Assembly: GCA_965218425.1 (NCBI GenBank)
Contig: OZ244621.1
Span: forward strand, 2,400,001-2,464,000
Reading direction: 5' to 3'
From: an uncultured Candidatus Binatia bacterium
GTDB taxonomy: Bacteria > Desulfobacterota > Binatia > UBA9968 > CAXXLF01
Length of the DNA: 64,000 nt
Shown here: piece after piece, positions 1 through 12,553 of the stretch
Numbering within the stretch: position 1 is the first letter of the stretch
Layout of the letters: every line of letters starts with the position of its first letter
Notes under the pieces: model-generated
Told to the model about the DNA's origin: nothing
Seen by the model: only the letters and a program-made list of their open reading frames with translations
Databases searched by the model: none
Position numbers and translations under genes: made by a program

Positions 1-1
1 C

Positions 2-526
2 AGCGGAACCGACCGGCTGGCAGAGGTGGCAAAGAAAATAAGATCCCGATGGGTGATCAACGTGCAGGGTGATTTACCGTTTATCCGTCCTCAAACCATC
101 ACCCGCACCCTCAGGGCACTCCAGCGTGAAAGTTCTATAGTCATGGGGACCGCCAGGGTTCCCATCACTAGCAAGGAAGAGCTGCTAAATCCCAACGTGG
201 TCAAAGTGGTCACCGATGCCGAGGGATTCGCCTTGTATTTCTCTCGTGCTCCCATACCTTTTAGGCGGACGCCACAGGTACATCAAATGAAAGGTAGAGA
301 AGTCCTGGGGCATCGTCATCTAGGCATCTATGTCTACCGGCGGGACTTTTTACTCAAGCTCTCCCGTCTCCGGCCCGTTCCTTTGGAGCTCGCCGAAGGG
401 TTGGAACAGCTACGACCCATGTCCCACGGATATCGCATACGAGTAGTGGATGTGGATGAGAATTCAGTTGAGGTGGATACCCCGCAGGATTTGAAAAGAG
501 CCGAAAAGTATTTAAAGAACTTGTAA
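2..526 (+). CDS. kdsB: 3-deoxy-manno-octulosonate cytidylyltransferase (5' partial)
   Basis: Frame open from the window edge: SGTDRLAEV, NVQGD, ALYFSRAPIP, HLGIYVYR, LEQLR, VDTPQDL; precedes pyrG-kdsA. Confidence 0.95.
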   Translation, partial: SGTDRLAEVAKKIRSRWVINVQGDLPFIRPQTITRTLRALQRESSIVMGTARVPITSKEELLNPNVVKVVTDAEGFALYFSRAPIPFRRTPQVHQMKGREVLGHRHLGIYVYRRDFLLKLSRLRPVPLELAEGLEQLRPMSHGYRIRVVDVDENSVEVDTPQDLKRAEKYLKNL

Positions 527-532
527 GGTTAG

Positions 533-2188
<1,656 letters not shown>

Positions 2189-2209
2189 CGCTCCGCTAGC
2201 TTCGATACC

Positions 2210-3046
2210 ATGTCGAGTAAGGGTGTGAAAATTGGCAGGCTTGAGATCGGTGCTGGAAAGCCTCTCGCCCTTATGGCTGGACCCTGTGTGATCGAAGGAC
2301 GGGAAGCGGCCCTCCACCATGCTTCCCTACTCAAGGAGGTCACGGAGCGGGTTGGTGTGGCCTTTATCTATAAATCCTCCTACGACAAAGCCAATCGAAC
2401 GTCTCTGGAGTCCTATCGAGGCCCGGGCATCGAAAGAGGTCTGGAGATCCTGGCGGAGGTGAAGGAGAAGGTCGGCGTCCCAATCCTCACCGATGTCCAC
2501 GAAAAAGAGCAGGTGAAATTGGTGAAAAAGGTGGCCGATATCCTCCAGATTCCGGCATTTCTCTGCCGTCAGACCGATTTCGTCATGGAGGTGGCGCGGT
2601 CCGGTAAGGCGGTCAATGTTAAGAAGGGACAGTTTCTCGCCCCCTGGGACATTCAAAATGTCGTCGACAAAATCATCTCCACCGGCAATGAAAAGATCAT
2701 GGTGACAGAGCGCGGGGTTTCATTCGGTTACAACAATTTGGTTGCGGACATGCGGTCCTTGGCCGTGCTTCGGGAACTGGGCTATCCTGTGGTGTTCGAT
2801 GCCACCCACAGCCTCCAACTTCCAGGAGGTACAGGAAAGGCATCGGGGGGGCAACGCCAGTTCATTTCTAGCCTGGCCCAGGCGGGGGTGGCGGTGGGAA
2901 TCGATGCGGTGTTCATGGAAGTCCATGAGGACCCGGACCGGGCGCTGAGCGATGGTCCCAATTCACTTCCCTTGAAAGAGTTGGAAGTCCTGCTCAGGCG
3001 TCTCAAAAAAATCGACACTGTCGTGAAAGATGACTTGAGGACTTGA
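2210..3046 (+). CDS. kdsA: KDO-8-phosphate synthase
   Basis: AGPCVIE, KSSYDKANRTS, QIPAFLCRQT, FDATHS. Confidence 0.98.
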   Translation: MSSKGVKIGRLEIGAGKPLALMAGPCVIEGREAALHHASLLKEVTERVGVAFIYKSSYDKANRTSLESYRGPGIERGLEILAEVKEKVGVPILTDVHEKEQVKLVKKVADILQIPAFLCRQTDFVMEVARSGKAVNVKKGQFLAPWDIQNVVDKIISTGNEKIMVTERGVSFGYNNLVADMRSLAVLRELGYPVVFDATHSLQLPGGTGKASGGQRQFISSLAQAGVAVGIDAVFMEVHEDPDRALSDGPNSLPLKELEVLLRRLKKIDTVVKDDLRT

Positions 3047-4026
3047 CCGTGAAAGAAAGTGCAAAAATTCTCAAACGTGCGAAGGAAGTTCTGGATGTGG
3101 AGGCGAATGGAATTCTTTCCCTTAGGGATCAACTGGATGAAAGCTTCGTGCGGGCCGTGGAGCTTCTGTTTCGTTGCAAGGGGAAGGTGGTGGTGACGGG
3201 ACTGGGAAAATCGGGACTCATTTGCCGCAAGATCGCAGCGACTCTGTCCAGCACGGGAACGCCTTCCTTTTTTCTCCATGCCGGGGATGGAATCCATGGG
3301 GATCTGGGCATGATCATGAAGGGGGACGTGGTCCTTGCGGTTTCCAACAGCGGTGAGACCGGAGAGCTACTGAAGTTGCTTCCCATCATCAAGAGACTGG
3401 GGTTAAAACTCATTGCAATGACCGGCCACCCCAAGTCCGCCTTGGCCCAGGCGGCAGATGTCGCCCTCAATGTGGTCGTCAAGGAGGAAGCGTGTTCCCT
3501 TGGCCTTTCGCCAACCACAAGTACCACCGCGGCGCTGGCCATGGGTGACGCCCTGGCAGTGGTGCTTTTGAGCGAGAAAAATTTCAAAGAGGAGGACTTC
3601 GCACTCCGACACCCAGGGGGAATTCTGGGACGTAGGCTTCTTCTCCATGTGGAAGATCTGATGCATCAAGGCGAAGATCTACCCCTGGTGGGTCAGGATG
3701 CCCCCATGAAGGACACTCTGCTGGAGATTACTTCGAAACGTTTGGGGATCACCGGAGTGACCGACAACCGTGGCCAGCTAGTGGGTGTAATTACCGACGG
3801 AGATTTGAGAAGAGGTCTCAACAACAAAGGGGACATTTTCCGTCTCAAGGCGAAAGATTTAATGACCAAGAATCCGAAGACCGTAACTTCCGATGAACTT
3901 GCCTCCCGGGCCCTGGCCCTGATGGAGAGGCATTCTATTACCTCCCTGTTTATTCAGCAAAACGGAGACACAAGGCCGTCGGGTGTCATACACATCCATG
4001 ATCTTTTGAAAGCCGGCATCGCTTAA
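3043..4026 (+). CDS. kdsD: Arabinose-5-phosphate isomerase (KpsF/GutQ, SIS+CBS)
   Basis: VVTGLGKSG, HGDLG, SNSGET, HPGGILG, ITDGDLRR. Confidence 0.95.
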   Translation: MTVKESAKILKRAKEVLDVEANGILSLRDQLDESFVRAVELLFRCKGKVVVTGLGKSGLICRKIAATLSSTGTPSFFLHAGDGIHGDLGMIMKGDVVLAVSNSGETGELLKLLPIIKRLGLKLIAMTGHPKSALAQAADVALNVVVKEEACSLGLSPTTSTTAALAMGDALAVVLLSEKNFKEEDFALRHPGGILGRRLLLHVEDLMHQGEDLPLVGQDAPMKDTLLEITSKRLGITGVTDNRGQLVGVITDGDLRRGLNNKGDIFRLKAKDLMTKNPKTVTSDELASRALALMERHSITSLFIQQNGDTRPSGVIHIHDLLKAGIA

Positions 4027-4034
4027 TCCCTACC

Positions 4035-4571
4035 GTGAGGCCCATTCCAGCAAAGGTCCGAAAGGGGGCCCAGAGGATCAAACTCCTCCTCCTCGACGTG
4101 GATGGGGTCATGACCGATGGGGGTATTGTCATGAACCACCAGGGGGAAGAGATTAAGCGTTTCGACGTGCGTGACGGACACGGGATCAGATTGTTAATAG
4201 ACGCTGGAGTTCAGGTGGGTTTGGTGACGGGACGATCCTCACGGGTGGTGACCCATCGAGCCAAGGACCTCGGTATTCGAATAGTCTACCAAAAAGCCTT
4301 TGACAAACTCCAGGCCTATCAGGAGATAAAGAGGAAGACCGGATTGTCGGATGGCGAGATTGCCTACGTTGGGGATGACGTCGTAGACCTGCCGGTTCTA
4401 CGGCGGGTTGGTCTGGCCATGGCGGTAAAGGATGCGGATGAAAACGTAAGACGTAGAGTGGATTATGTCACAGGGCAAAAAGGGGGAAGAGGGGCGGTTC
4501 GGGAGATAGTGGAACTACTACTGAGGGCGCAGGGAAGGTGGGAGCCGTTGATAAAAAAGTACTTTGAATAA
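4035..4571 (+). CDS. kdsC: KDO-8-phosphate phosphatase (HAD)
   Basis: DVDGVMTDG, YVGDDVVD, GGRGAVRE. Confidence 0.95.
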   Translation: MRPIPAKVRKGAQRIKLLLLDVDGVMTDGGIVMNHQGEEIKRFDVRDGHGIRLLIDAGVQVGLVTGRSSRVVTHRAKDLGIRIVYQKAFDKLQAYQEIKRKTGLSDGEIAYVGDDVVDLPVLRRVGLAMAVKDADENVRRRVDYVTGQKGGRGAVREIVELLLRAQGRWEPLIKKYFE

Positions 4572-4680
4572 TGGGGTCTTATGTGATCAATGTGAAGTTC
4601 GAGCAAATTCCATGCCCGCCGGCTTTACAGGTTTCCCGAATAATGATATTTGATATTTTCCGAGTGTACGCGGAAAGACC

Positions 4681-5289
4681 ATGGTTAGACCCAAAAAATT
4701 AATAATCCTGTCCGTAATATCGATTTCGTTGGGGGCTGTTGTCTATAAGGTCGCCGAGACCCTTTGGCTGCAAAAAGCCATGGAGTTCCAGGAAGACCCA
4801 ATTAAGATTTTGGACCTTGTGCCCCAGCCTTCCCTTCAGTTGAAGAAGTTCCGCCGAAGCAGAGTCGAAGAGGGACGCAAGGTTTGGGAGATTACCGGTG
4901 ATGAGGCGGTTTATATTAAGGCAGACAGGGAGGCGGTGATTACGGGTCCCAGGCTGGTCTTTTACAATCAAAACGATGAAAACGTGGAGGTCCGTGGCGA
5001 CGTAGGACATCTCTATTTCAACGAGCGGAAAATGGATCGACTGGAGCTGCGCGGCGAGGTGGAAATTTATTACCAAGGGTTTATCCTCAAAACCAATGAG
5101 ATTGTCTACCATCAGAATAAAAACCAGGTCATCTCAAGGGGTAAGGTTGCCATGAAAGGGAAGGGGTTGGATTTAGAGGGTGTAGGAGCAGAGATCTCTC
5201 TGAAAAACTCAAGGCTTCGACTCAGAAATAAGGTGAAAACCAGGATTAGGCCAGGCCTGCTTGAAAAACAGGGGGTAACTGCGGGTTGA
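4681..5289 (+). CDS. lptC: LPS export ABC transporter periplasmic protein
   Basis: N-terminal TM helix, beta-rich body, position between kdsC and lptA. Confidence 0.8.
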   Translation: MVRPKKLIILSVISISLGAVVYKVAETLWLQKAMEFQEDPIKILDLVPQPSLQLKKFRRSRVEEGRKVWEITGDEAVYIKADREAVITGPRLVFYNQNDENVEVRGDVGHLYFNERKMDRLELRGEVEIYYQGFILKTNEIVYHQNKNQVISRGKVAMKGKGLDLEGVGAEISLKNSRLRLRNKVKTRIRPGLLEKQGVTAG

Positions 5290-5291
5290 GA

Positions 5292-5837
5292 ATGGATAGG
5301 GGGTGTTCCAAGCTTCAAAAACTATGTGCAATGGCGTCCATGGGTTTTGCCCTGTTGGCTTACTATCCTAATGGAGAGGCGGCAGGCGTTGAAACGGCGC
5401 AAACACAGACTGGTTTGGAGGGGACCATCACCATTACCTCCGATCGTATGGAATTGGACCAGAAGAAGAACTCCATCGTCTACATCGGCAATGTGGTTAC
5501 TTCCCGTGGGAACGTCACCATTAAAAGCGATACTCTCACCGCCGTCTACAATCCAGAGATGAAACGTCTCACGGGGGTGGTGGCCGAAGGGAATCTCGAG
5601 ATAACCCAGGGAGATCAAATTGCCACGGGGACCAAGGCGGTATTCAACAGTGAAAGTAATTCCGTTGCCCTCACGGGCGACCCTGTGGTGCGGCAAGGAA
5701 ACAGTCGGGTTTCGGGGTGCCGTATTGTTTTGTTCATCGGCGAGGAGCGGGGTGTCGTGGATGGGGGATGCCAAAGAGTGAAGGCGGTGATATTTCCGAT
5801 GAACTTGGAAGGCAGTGAGCGAATCGAAGAGCAATGA
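5292..5837 (+). CDS. lptA: LPS transport periplasmic protein (OstA-like)
   Basis: Signal peptide, ITITSDRME, GNVV, LTGDPVVRQG; upstream of lptB. Confidence 0.88.
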   Translation: MDRGCSKLQKLCAMASMGFALLAYYPNGEAAGVETAQTQTGLEGTITITSDRMELDQKKNSIVYIGNVVTSRGNVTIKSDTLTAVYNPEMKRLTGVVAEGNLEITQGDQIATGTKAVFNSESNSVALTGDPVVRQGNSRVSGCRIVLFIGEERGVVDGGCQRVKAVIFPMNLEGSERIEEQ

Positions 5838-5852
5838 TCCAGGAAGCAAGGA

Positions 5853-6575
5853 ATGAGTGTTCTGAAAGCAGAGAGAGTCACCAAGAGCTATCACGGTCGA
5901 CGGGTCGTGGATCAAGTCAATCTAGAAATCAATGGTGGAGAAGTGGTGGGCTTGCTAGGCCCCAATGGTGCGGGAAAGACGACAACGTTTCATATGATGG
6001 TGGGTTTGGTGCGACCCGATGAAGGAAAGGTGTTTCTAAACGGGGAGGATATGACCTCAGCCCCCATTTACCAGAGGGCTCGGGCCGGCATTAGCTACCT
6101 CCCGCAGGAATCCTCTGTGTTCCGGCGACTGACGGTGGAAGGAAACTTGATGGCTATTCTTGAAACACTCGACCTCAGCCGGGAAGAGCGGGAAAATCGT
6201 TCTAAGGAACTCATGCGGATGCTTGGGGTTTCTCACTTGAACAAGCATAAGGCATTTACCCTTTCCGGGGGGGAGCGGCGCAGGGTAGAGATTGCCCGAG
6301 CGTTGGTACTTTCCCCGTTTTTTATACTTCTGGATGAACCCTTCACGGGGGTGGACCCCATTGCTGTGTCGGAAATTCAAAAAATTATCCGCAAACTGAT
6401 CGCGGGCAGTATTGGAGTTCTCATCACGGATCACAACGTTCGCGAGACCATGGGCATCTGCGACCGAGCCTATATCTTGAGCGATGGGATGATCCTGGAG
6501 GAAGGAAGCCCCGAAAAGATTGCCTCCAGCTCCAAGGCCCAAAAAGTTTATCTTGGTGAAGGATTTAGGCTCTAG
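5853..6575 (+). CDS. lptB: LPS export ABC transporter ATPase
   Basis: GLLGPNGAGKTT, YLPQE, LSGGERRRVEIARAL, LITDHNVRET. Confidence 0.98.
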   Translation: MSVLKAERVTKSYHGRRVVDQVNLEINGGEVVGLLGPNGAGKTTTFHMMVGLVRPDEGKVFLNGEDMTSAPIYQRARAGISYLPQESSVFRRLTVEGNLMAILETLDLSREERENRSKELMRMLGVSHLNKHKAFTLSGGERRRVEIARALVLSPFFILLDEPFTGVDPIAVSEIQKIIRKLIAGSIGVLITDHNVRETMGICDRAYILSDGMILEEGSPEKIASSSKAQKVYLGEGFRL

Positions 6576-6577
6576 TT

Positions 6578-8023
6578 ATGGCCCTTGAAACCAGACTCCT
6601 CCAGAAACCTGCTCAACAGCAGGTTATGACTCTTCAACAGCAACAGGACCTCAAACTGTTGCAACTGTCACGTATTGATCTCGAAGACTTAATCGCCCAA
6701 GAGCTTGAAGAGAATCCCGCCCTGGAAGAGACAGCTCCCGAAGAAGATGGGGCCACCGATGAGAACAAGAAGCAAGACAAGACCGATGAGTTGGCCGTGG
6801 CGAAGTCAGAAAAAATTGGGAGTGTCGATTGGCGGGATTATCTGGAAAGCCATTCCAATTCCATTCACGGTTCACTGACTGCCGAGGCGGGGCGAGAGGA
6901 TGGAGATGGGTACCCTTCTTGGGAGAACACCCTGACCAAAACGGAGTCCCTTTGCGATCACTTGGTGTGGCAACTCCGTCTCTCCGATCTTGACGAGCGC
7001 GAACAGGCCATCGGCCTGTACATCATCGGCAACCTCGATGAGAGGGGTTACGTGGAACTGCCCCTGGAAGAGGTCTGTCGGGTGACGGGGGCGACCGCAG
7101 AGGATGCGGAACGGGTCTTGAAGCGAATCCATTTTTTTGACCCGGTTGGAGCGGCCTCCCGCGACCTAAGAGAGTGCCTCCTGGTACAGTTGGAGAATCT
7201 CGGGTTGAACGACAGCCTGGCCGCACGCATCGTCTCGAGCTACCTTCCCGAGCTGGAATCTAGGCGATATGAGAATGTGGCGCGAGAGCTGGGCGTTACC
7301 GTAGACGACGTGGTCACCGCTGCTCATCTCATTGCGACATTGGAACCCAAGCCGGCTCGAAGTTTTGGAGAAGAACAGGTGCGTACCATTATCCCCGATG
7401 TGACGGTACAAAAGCTGGGTGATGAGTGCATGGTTCTGCTCAACGATGAGGGGGTTCCCCGTCTGAGAGTGAGCGCCCTTTACCAGCGGTTGTCTGGTGC
7501 GGAGGGGGATGAGGCTGCCCAGGCAAGGGACTACCTCAAGAAGAAGGTGGAGGCGGCTGCCTACTTGATCAAGAGCATCCATTGGCGGCAGCAAACCCTC
7601 TATCGAGTCACTCAAAGCATTTTCAAGTTTCAACACGATTTCCTGGACAATGGTGTGAGTCAGTTGAAACCCATGGTTTTGAGGGACGTGGCTGAGGATA
7701 TTGGAAGGCACGAGTCTACGGTAAGCCGTGCCACCGCCAATAAATATGTCTATACCCCTCAGGGAGTATTTGCGTTGAAGTATTTTTTCCAGAACGGTCT
7801 TCGGAGAGGGAATGGAGAAGATGTGGCATCGGAAAGCGTCAGGGAGAAGATCCGCAACCTCATCTCCACCGAGGATCCTCGTAAACCATACAGCGACCAA
7901 GACCTCGCTCGGCTTTTTAGCCAACAGACCATTGATATCGCCCGGCGTACGGTTGCCAAGTATCGCGAGGCTATGGGGATTCTCCCATCCTCACGACGTC
8001 GGCAGCCTCACCTTCGTAGGTAG
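6578..8023 (+). CDS. rpoN: RNA polymerase sigma-54 factor
   Basis: ENPALE, HESTVSRAT helix-turn-helix, RpoN box ARRTVAKYRE. Confidence 0.97.
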   Translation: MALETRLLQKPAQQQVMTLQQQQDLKLLQLSRIDLEDLIAQELEENPALEETAPEEDGATDENKKQDKTDELAVAKSEKIGSVDWRDYLESHSNSIHGSLTAEAGREDGDGYPSWENTLTKTESLCDHLVWQLRLSDLDEREQAIGLYIIGNLDERGYVELPLEEVCRVTGATAEDAERVLKRIHFFDPVGAASRDLRECLLVQLENLGLNDSLAARIVSSYLPELESRRYENVARELGVTVDDVVTAAHLIATLEPKPARSFGEEQVRTIIPDVTVQKLGDECMVLLNDEGVPRLRVSALYQRLSGAEGDEAAQARDYLKKKVEAAAYLIKSIHWRQQTLYRVTQSIFKFQHDFLDNGVSQLKPMVLRDVAEDIGRHESTVSRATANKYVYTPQGVFALKYFFQNGLRRGNGEDVASESVREKIRNLISTEDPRKPYSDQDLARLFSQQTIDIARRTVAKYREAMGILPSSRRRQPHLRR

Positions 8024-8290
8024 AATATAGAAATCGAGGAAAGTCAAGCCATGGCTTAACCCCCCTGGCCTCTTTACCCTCCCACCGCGCGCGTACCGTC
8101 TGATCGCGAACATAACGATGTCGAAAAAAATGAGTTTTTCCATAATTTATTGCCATTGCATTTAGGCGCCCATGGAGTTTGAGTTGAAGCTTGACGGACA
8201 CCCACCGTACGGTTAGAGACAGGATGGGATAGTCATTCAATGTTGCGGCGGACAAAATCCAGCACATTTTGAAAGGAGAACAGGCAGGAG

Positions 8291-8752
8291 GTGAGGATCA
8301 CTGATTTTTTAACTGCGGACAGAATCATTCCGGATCTTAAAGGAAGTGACAAGGACACGATCTTGTCAGAAATGGGACATATGCTCGCGTCTCATTCACA
8401 ATCCGTTGATCCTGAAAAAGTGATGGAGATGGTTCTGGCAAGGGAGAAGGTGGGCAGTACGGCCGTGGGAGACGGGGTGGCGATTCCCCACGGAAGAATG
8501 CCAGGGATGAAGCAGGTGGTGGCTGTATTCGCACGGAGCACCCAGGGGGTGGATTTTCGCGCTCCAGACGGCGGATTGACCCATCTCTTTTTTTTCCTGA
8601 TAGCGCCTGAGGAGTCCCCCACGGACCACCTTGAGTGTTTGGCAAGGATCTCCCGTTTGCTTAAGGACGCGGGGTTGCGTTCAAAACTAATGGCGGGAAA
8701 GACGAAGGAAGAGATCTTTAGTGCCCTCCAAGAGGAGGACGGGAAACTCTAA
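8291..8752 (+). CDS. ptsN: PTS IIA-Ntr-like protein
   Basis: REKVGSTAVGDGVAIPHGR with phospho-His, HLECLARISR; downstream of rpoN. Confidence 0.92.
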   Translation: MRITDFLTADRIIPDLKGSDKDTILSEMGHMLASHSQSVDPEKVMEMVLAREKVGSTAVGDGVAIPHGRMPGMKQVVAVFARSTQGVDFRAPDGGLTHLFFFLIAPEESPTDHLECLARISRLLKDAGLRSKLMAGKTKEEIFSALQEEDGKL

Positions 8753-8758
8753 TTGGGT

Positions 8759-9624
8759 ATGGCCAAAGCCCTCGATGTTATCGTAATCACCGGACTTTCT
8801 GGCTCGGGGAAGGGTCATGCCATCCACTCTCTAGAAGACAGCGGATTTTTCTGTATCGACAACCTTCCCGTTGTTCTCATCCCTAAATTCATTGATCTTT
8901 GCCAGGGCTATCGGAAGGGAATCCAAAAGATCGCCCTGGGCATTGATCTTCGTGTCGGTCAATTTTTTCAGGATTGGCCCCACGTGCTCGCCGAGATCCG
9001 TGAGGCGGGACACCATCTGAAAGTTCTCTTTTTTGACGCCAGGGACGAAATACTGCTGCGCCGTTTTGGCGGAACCCGACGTCCTCATCCACTAGCCGGA
9101 GGGGGACCCATTCAAGAAGGTATCACCAAGGAGAGAAAGGCCCTGGAAGGTATGCGGGCCCTAGCCGGTATTGCCATTGATACCAGCGATTTTAATGTCC
9201 ATGAGCTCAAAAGGGCCATGGAAAATTATTATTCCGAGATTGTAAGCGCTCGCACCATGACATTCTTCCCAACCTCCTTCGGGTACAAGTTCGGCATTCC
9301 CCACGATACTGACATGATCGTGGACGTTCGATTTCTTCCCGATCCCTTTTTCATTGGCGAGCTGCGGGGAAAAAGCGGTTTAGAGTCCGAAGTTCGGATT
9401 TTATGCTTAAACGCGAGGAAACCAGCGTTTTTCTGGATCGGCTATGTGCTCTCCTGGACTTTACCGTCCCCCAATACGAACGGGAGGGAAAGAGCGCCCT
9501 CACGTTGGCGCTTGGGTGCACCGCGGGGAGGCATCGATCTGTGGTATTGGTGGAAGAGTTGAAGCGCAGGTTGGGAGGCGGACGGTTGGGAATCCACGTT
9601 AAACACCGGGACATCGATCAATAA
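8759..9624 (+). pseudogene. rapZ: RapZ/YvcJ-family RNase adapter, split by a frameshift near 9395-9402
   Basis: N-part ITGLSGSGK, CIDNLP, SFGYKFGIP, DVRFLP; C-part in another frame (ORF 9403..9624) GCTAGRHRSV, HRDI. Could also be a sequencing indel. Confidence 0.85.
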
Positions 9625-9627
9625 ATT

Positions 9628-9906
9628 ATGAAAATCAGTAAACGACTTGAAATAAAGAATCGGCTTGGTCTTCACGCCCGCGCGGCGGCCCTTTTGGTCC
9701 AGACGGTCAGTCGTTTTTCTTCGGAAGTGAAAATTGCCAAGGATGGGCAGGTTGTGGATGGTAGAAGTATCATTGGCCTGCTAACTCTCGGCGCCGCCAA
9801 GGGTAGCAGAGTGCGTGTGGAGGCGAAGGGGAACGATGCCGAGGAATCCCTCGAGGCCATCGAAGATCTTTTCGAAAAACGATTCGATGAGGGTGAGAGC
9901 ACTTGA
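9628..9906 (+). CDS. ptsH: Phosphocarrier protein HPr/NPr
   Basis: GLHARAAA (His15) and DGRSIIGLLTL (Ser46 region). Confidence 0.96.
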   Translation: MKISKRLEIKNRLGLHARAAALLVQTVSRFSSEVKIAKDGQVVDGRSIIGLLTLGAAKGSRVRVEAKGNDAEESLEAIEDLFEKRFDEGEST

Positions 9907-9963
9907 CTTTGCCGCGGGTTGTCCGCTATGCGTTGTCGTTTCAAAGGGAGGAAGAGTTCGAGA

Positions 9964-11154
9964 ATGGTGGATCAATTAAAAAAAGGTAAAGTTCTATTCA
10001 CTTCCGAGTCCGTCTCGGAGGGACATCCGGACAAGGTATGCGATCAAGTGTCCGATGCCATCCTTGATGCCCATCTCGCAGGTGACCCCAACAGTCGTGT
10101 GGCCTGTGAAACTCTAGTCAAGAGCGGGATCATGGTGATCGCCGGGGAAATCACAAGCAACACCAAAGTGAGCTATGCCGACGTGGCTCGGGAAGTGATC
10201 TTGGATATTGGTTACGACGACGCGGCCAAAGGCTTTGATGCCAATAAGTGTGCCACTATCGTGGCCGTGGAACCCCAATCACAGGATATCTCCATAGGTG
10301 TGACTGAAGGTGAAGGGCTGCATAAGGAGCAGGGAGCAGGGGATCAGGGTATGATGTTCGGGTATGCCTGTGATGAAACCCCGGAGTTTATGCCCTTGCC
10401 GATTCAGATGGCTCAGGATCTGGTTCGCTATTTGGCGAAAATTCGTAAGGGTGGGGAGGCCCCGTTTCTGCGGCCCGACAGCAAGTCTCAAGTGACGGTG
10501 GAATACCGTGATGGCACACCTGAGCGGGTCAGCAGCGTGGTGATCTCGACGCAGCATAGTCCGGAAGTGAAATACGAGAAACTCAAGGAAACCGTTATTG
10601 ATGGGGTGATCAGGGCTGTAGTGCCTACTCACTATTTGGATAAAGACACCGTCTTTCATGTGAATCCCACGGGCCGTTTCGAGATCGGCGGACCCCAAGG
10701 AGACTGCGGTCTCACTGGCCGGAAGATCATTGTGGATACCTATGGCGGTATGGGGCGTCACGGCGGCGGTGCCTTCTCAGGCAAGGATCCCTCCAAGGTG
10801 GATAGAAGCGCCGCCTATATGGCTCGCTATATTGCCAAGAATATCGTGGCCGCTAAATTGGCCCGAAGGTGCGAAGTTCAGATGGCCTACGTCATCGGGG
10901 TCCCCGAGCCTGTCTCGGTGGCAGTGGATACTTTCAATACGGGAGTTATTGGAGACGTGACCCTGGCGGAACTCTTACGTGAACTCTTTAATCTTAGACC
11001 CAAAGGGATCATTGAAACATTACAACTTAGAAGGCCCATCTACCGGCCGACAGCAGCCTATGGACACTTTGGCCGGTCCCCTGAGAACGGCACATTTACC
11101 TGGGAGAAGACTGATCGGGCCAACGATCTTAGCAAGGCTGCGGAGAAGCGCTGA
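9964..11154 (+). CDS. metK: S-adenosylmethionine synthetase
   Basis: [38 protein letters not shown] at 9964 follows a purine-rich RBS. Confidence 0.99.
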   Translation: MVDQLKKGKVLFTSESVSEGHPDKVCDQVSDAILDAHLAGDPNSRVACETLVKSGIMVIAGEITSNTKVSYADVAREVILDIGYDDAAKGFDANKCATIVAVEPQSQDISIGVTEGEGLHKEQGAGDQGMMFGYACDETPEFMPLPIQMAQDLVRYLAKIRKGGEAPFLRPDSKSQVTVEYRDGTPERVSSVVISTQHSPEVKYEKLKETVIDGVIRAVVPTHYLDKDTVFHVNPTGRFEIGGPQGDCGLTGRKIIVDTYGGMGRHGGGAFSGKDPSKVDRSAAYMARYIAKNIVAAKLARRCEVQMAYVIGVPEPVSVAVDTFNTGVIGDVTLAELLRELFNLRPKGIIETLQLRRPIYRPTAAYGHFGRSPENGTFTWEKTDRANDLSKAAEKR

Positions 11155-11189
11155 GCGAGGTCCGAGTATGCGGGGGAGGAGATGCAGGA

Positions 11190-12458
11190 ATGGGAAAAAA
11201 GAACTTTCATATCCGGGACATTCGATTAGCGGAGCAAGGTAGAAAACGGGTCCTCTGGGCGGATCAAGAAATGCCCGTCCTGAGGCGGGTCCGCAGCCGC
11301 TTTGAGAGCGAAAAGCCGCTACGAGGACTTCGGTTTTCCGCTTGTCTGCATGTCACTGCGGAGACGGCAAACCTGGTTCGAGCACTGAAGGCCGGTGGGG
11401 CCCAAGTGGTCCTTTGTGCATCCAATCCACTTTCCACCCAAGATGACGTTGCTGCCGCCCTTGTCAAGTATGACAAGATTCCTGTCTTTGCCGTTCGAGC
11501 GGAGGATCGGAAGACCTATTATCAACACCTCCATGCGGCTTTGGATCATGCACCGGTCATCACCATGGATGACGGTGCGGATCTCGTTTCCATGCTCCAT
11601 AAAGAATACGCAAAACTTGCATCCGGTATGATGGCGAGCATGGAGGAGACCACCACGGGTGTCATTCGGCTTCGCGCCTTGGCTGCGGACGGAATGCTCA
11701 AGATTCCCGTCATCGCCGTCAACGATGCGGCCACGAAGCACCTCTTTGACAACCGATACGGAACGGGGCAGTCCACCATCGATGGCATCATCCGGGCCAC
11801 AGATATTTTGATAGCAGGGAAGAAAATCGTGGTAGCCGGCTACGGCTGGTGCGGGAGGGGATTCGCCGCTCGGGCCAGGGGGATGGGGGCTCAGGTCATC
11901 GTGACGGAGGTGGATCCGATCCGGGCCCTAGAGGCTGCCATGGATGGATTTGATGTGAAGACCATGAAAGATGCCGCCAAAGTGGGTGATGTGTTCGTTA
12001 CCTTGACCGGTGACATGCATGTCATCGGTAAGGAGCACTTGCGGCTCATGAAGGATGGCGCCATCATTTGCAACTCAGGCCACTTCGACATCGAGATTGA
12101 CATCAAGAGCCTCCAACAGATGGCGGCGAAGCGCCGCAAGGATGTAAGGACCCACGTGGACGCCTACACCATGCCAGGGGGTAAGACGCTTTACTTATTG
12201 GGGGAGGGGCGGTTGGTAAATCTCGCCGCTGCAGAAGGACATCCAGCGTCTGTCATGGATATGAGCTTTGCCACCCAAGCACTGGCTTCCGAGTGGGCGG
12301 TGAAGAATCGAAAGAGGCTCAAGTCCGAGGTTTATGATGTTCCAAAGGTGGTGGAGGACTGGGTTGCGCGCTTGAAGCTCAACAGCATGGGAATTCACGT
12401 GGACCGGCTCTCCGATAAACAAAAGGAATACCTCACTTCCTGGAACGTCGGGACCTAG
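11190..12458 (+). CDS. ahcY: Adenosylhomocysteinase (short form)
   Basis: [46 protein letters not shown]. Confidence 0.98.
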   Translation: MGKKNFHIRDIRLAEQGRKRVLWADQEMPVLRRVRSRFESEKPLRGLRFSACLHVTAETANLVRALKAGGAQVVLCASNPLSTQDDVAAALVKYDKIPVFAVRAEDRKTYYQHLHAALDHAPVITMDDGADLVSMLHKEYAKLASGMMASMEETTTGVIRLRALAADGMLKIPVIAVNDAATKHLFDNRYGTGQSTIDGIIRATDILIAGKKIVVAGYGWCGRGFAARARGMGAQVIVTEVDPIRALEAAMDGFDVKTMKDAAKVGDVFVTLTGDMHVIGKEHLRLMKDGAIICNSGHFDIEIDIKSLQQMAAKRRKDVRTHVDAYTMPGGKTLYLLGEGRLVNLAAAEGHPASVMDMSFATQALASEWAVKNRKRLKSEVYDVPKVVEDWVARLKLNSMGIHVDRLSDKQKEYLTSWNVGT

Positions 12459-12553
12459 ATTGTTACCGCCGGATAATTCACTAATAACTTAACCGCAGAT
12501 TTTCGCCGATTCTCGCAGACGAAAAATGGCATAGCGCGAAGCGTCCATCTTTA

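Noticed and set aside
9907..9963. SAM riboswitch upstream of metK
   Set aside because: Only 57 bp are available and no SAM-I core motifs are recognisable
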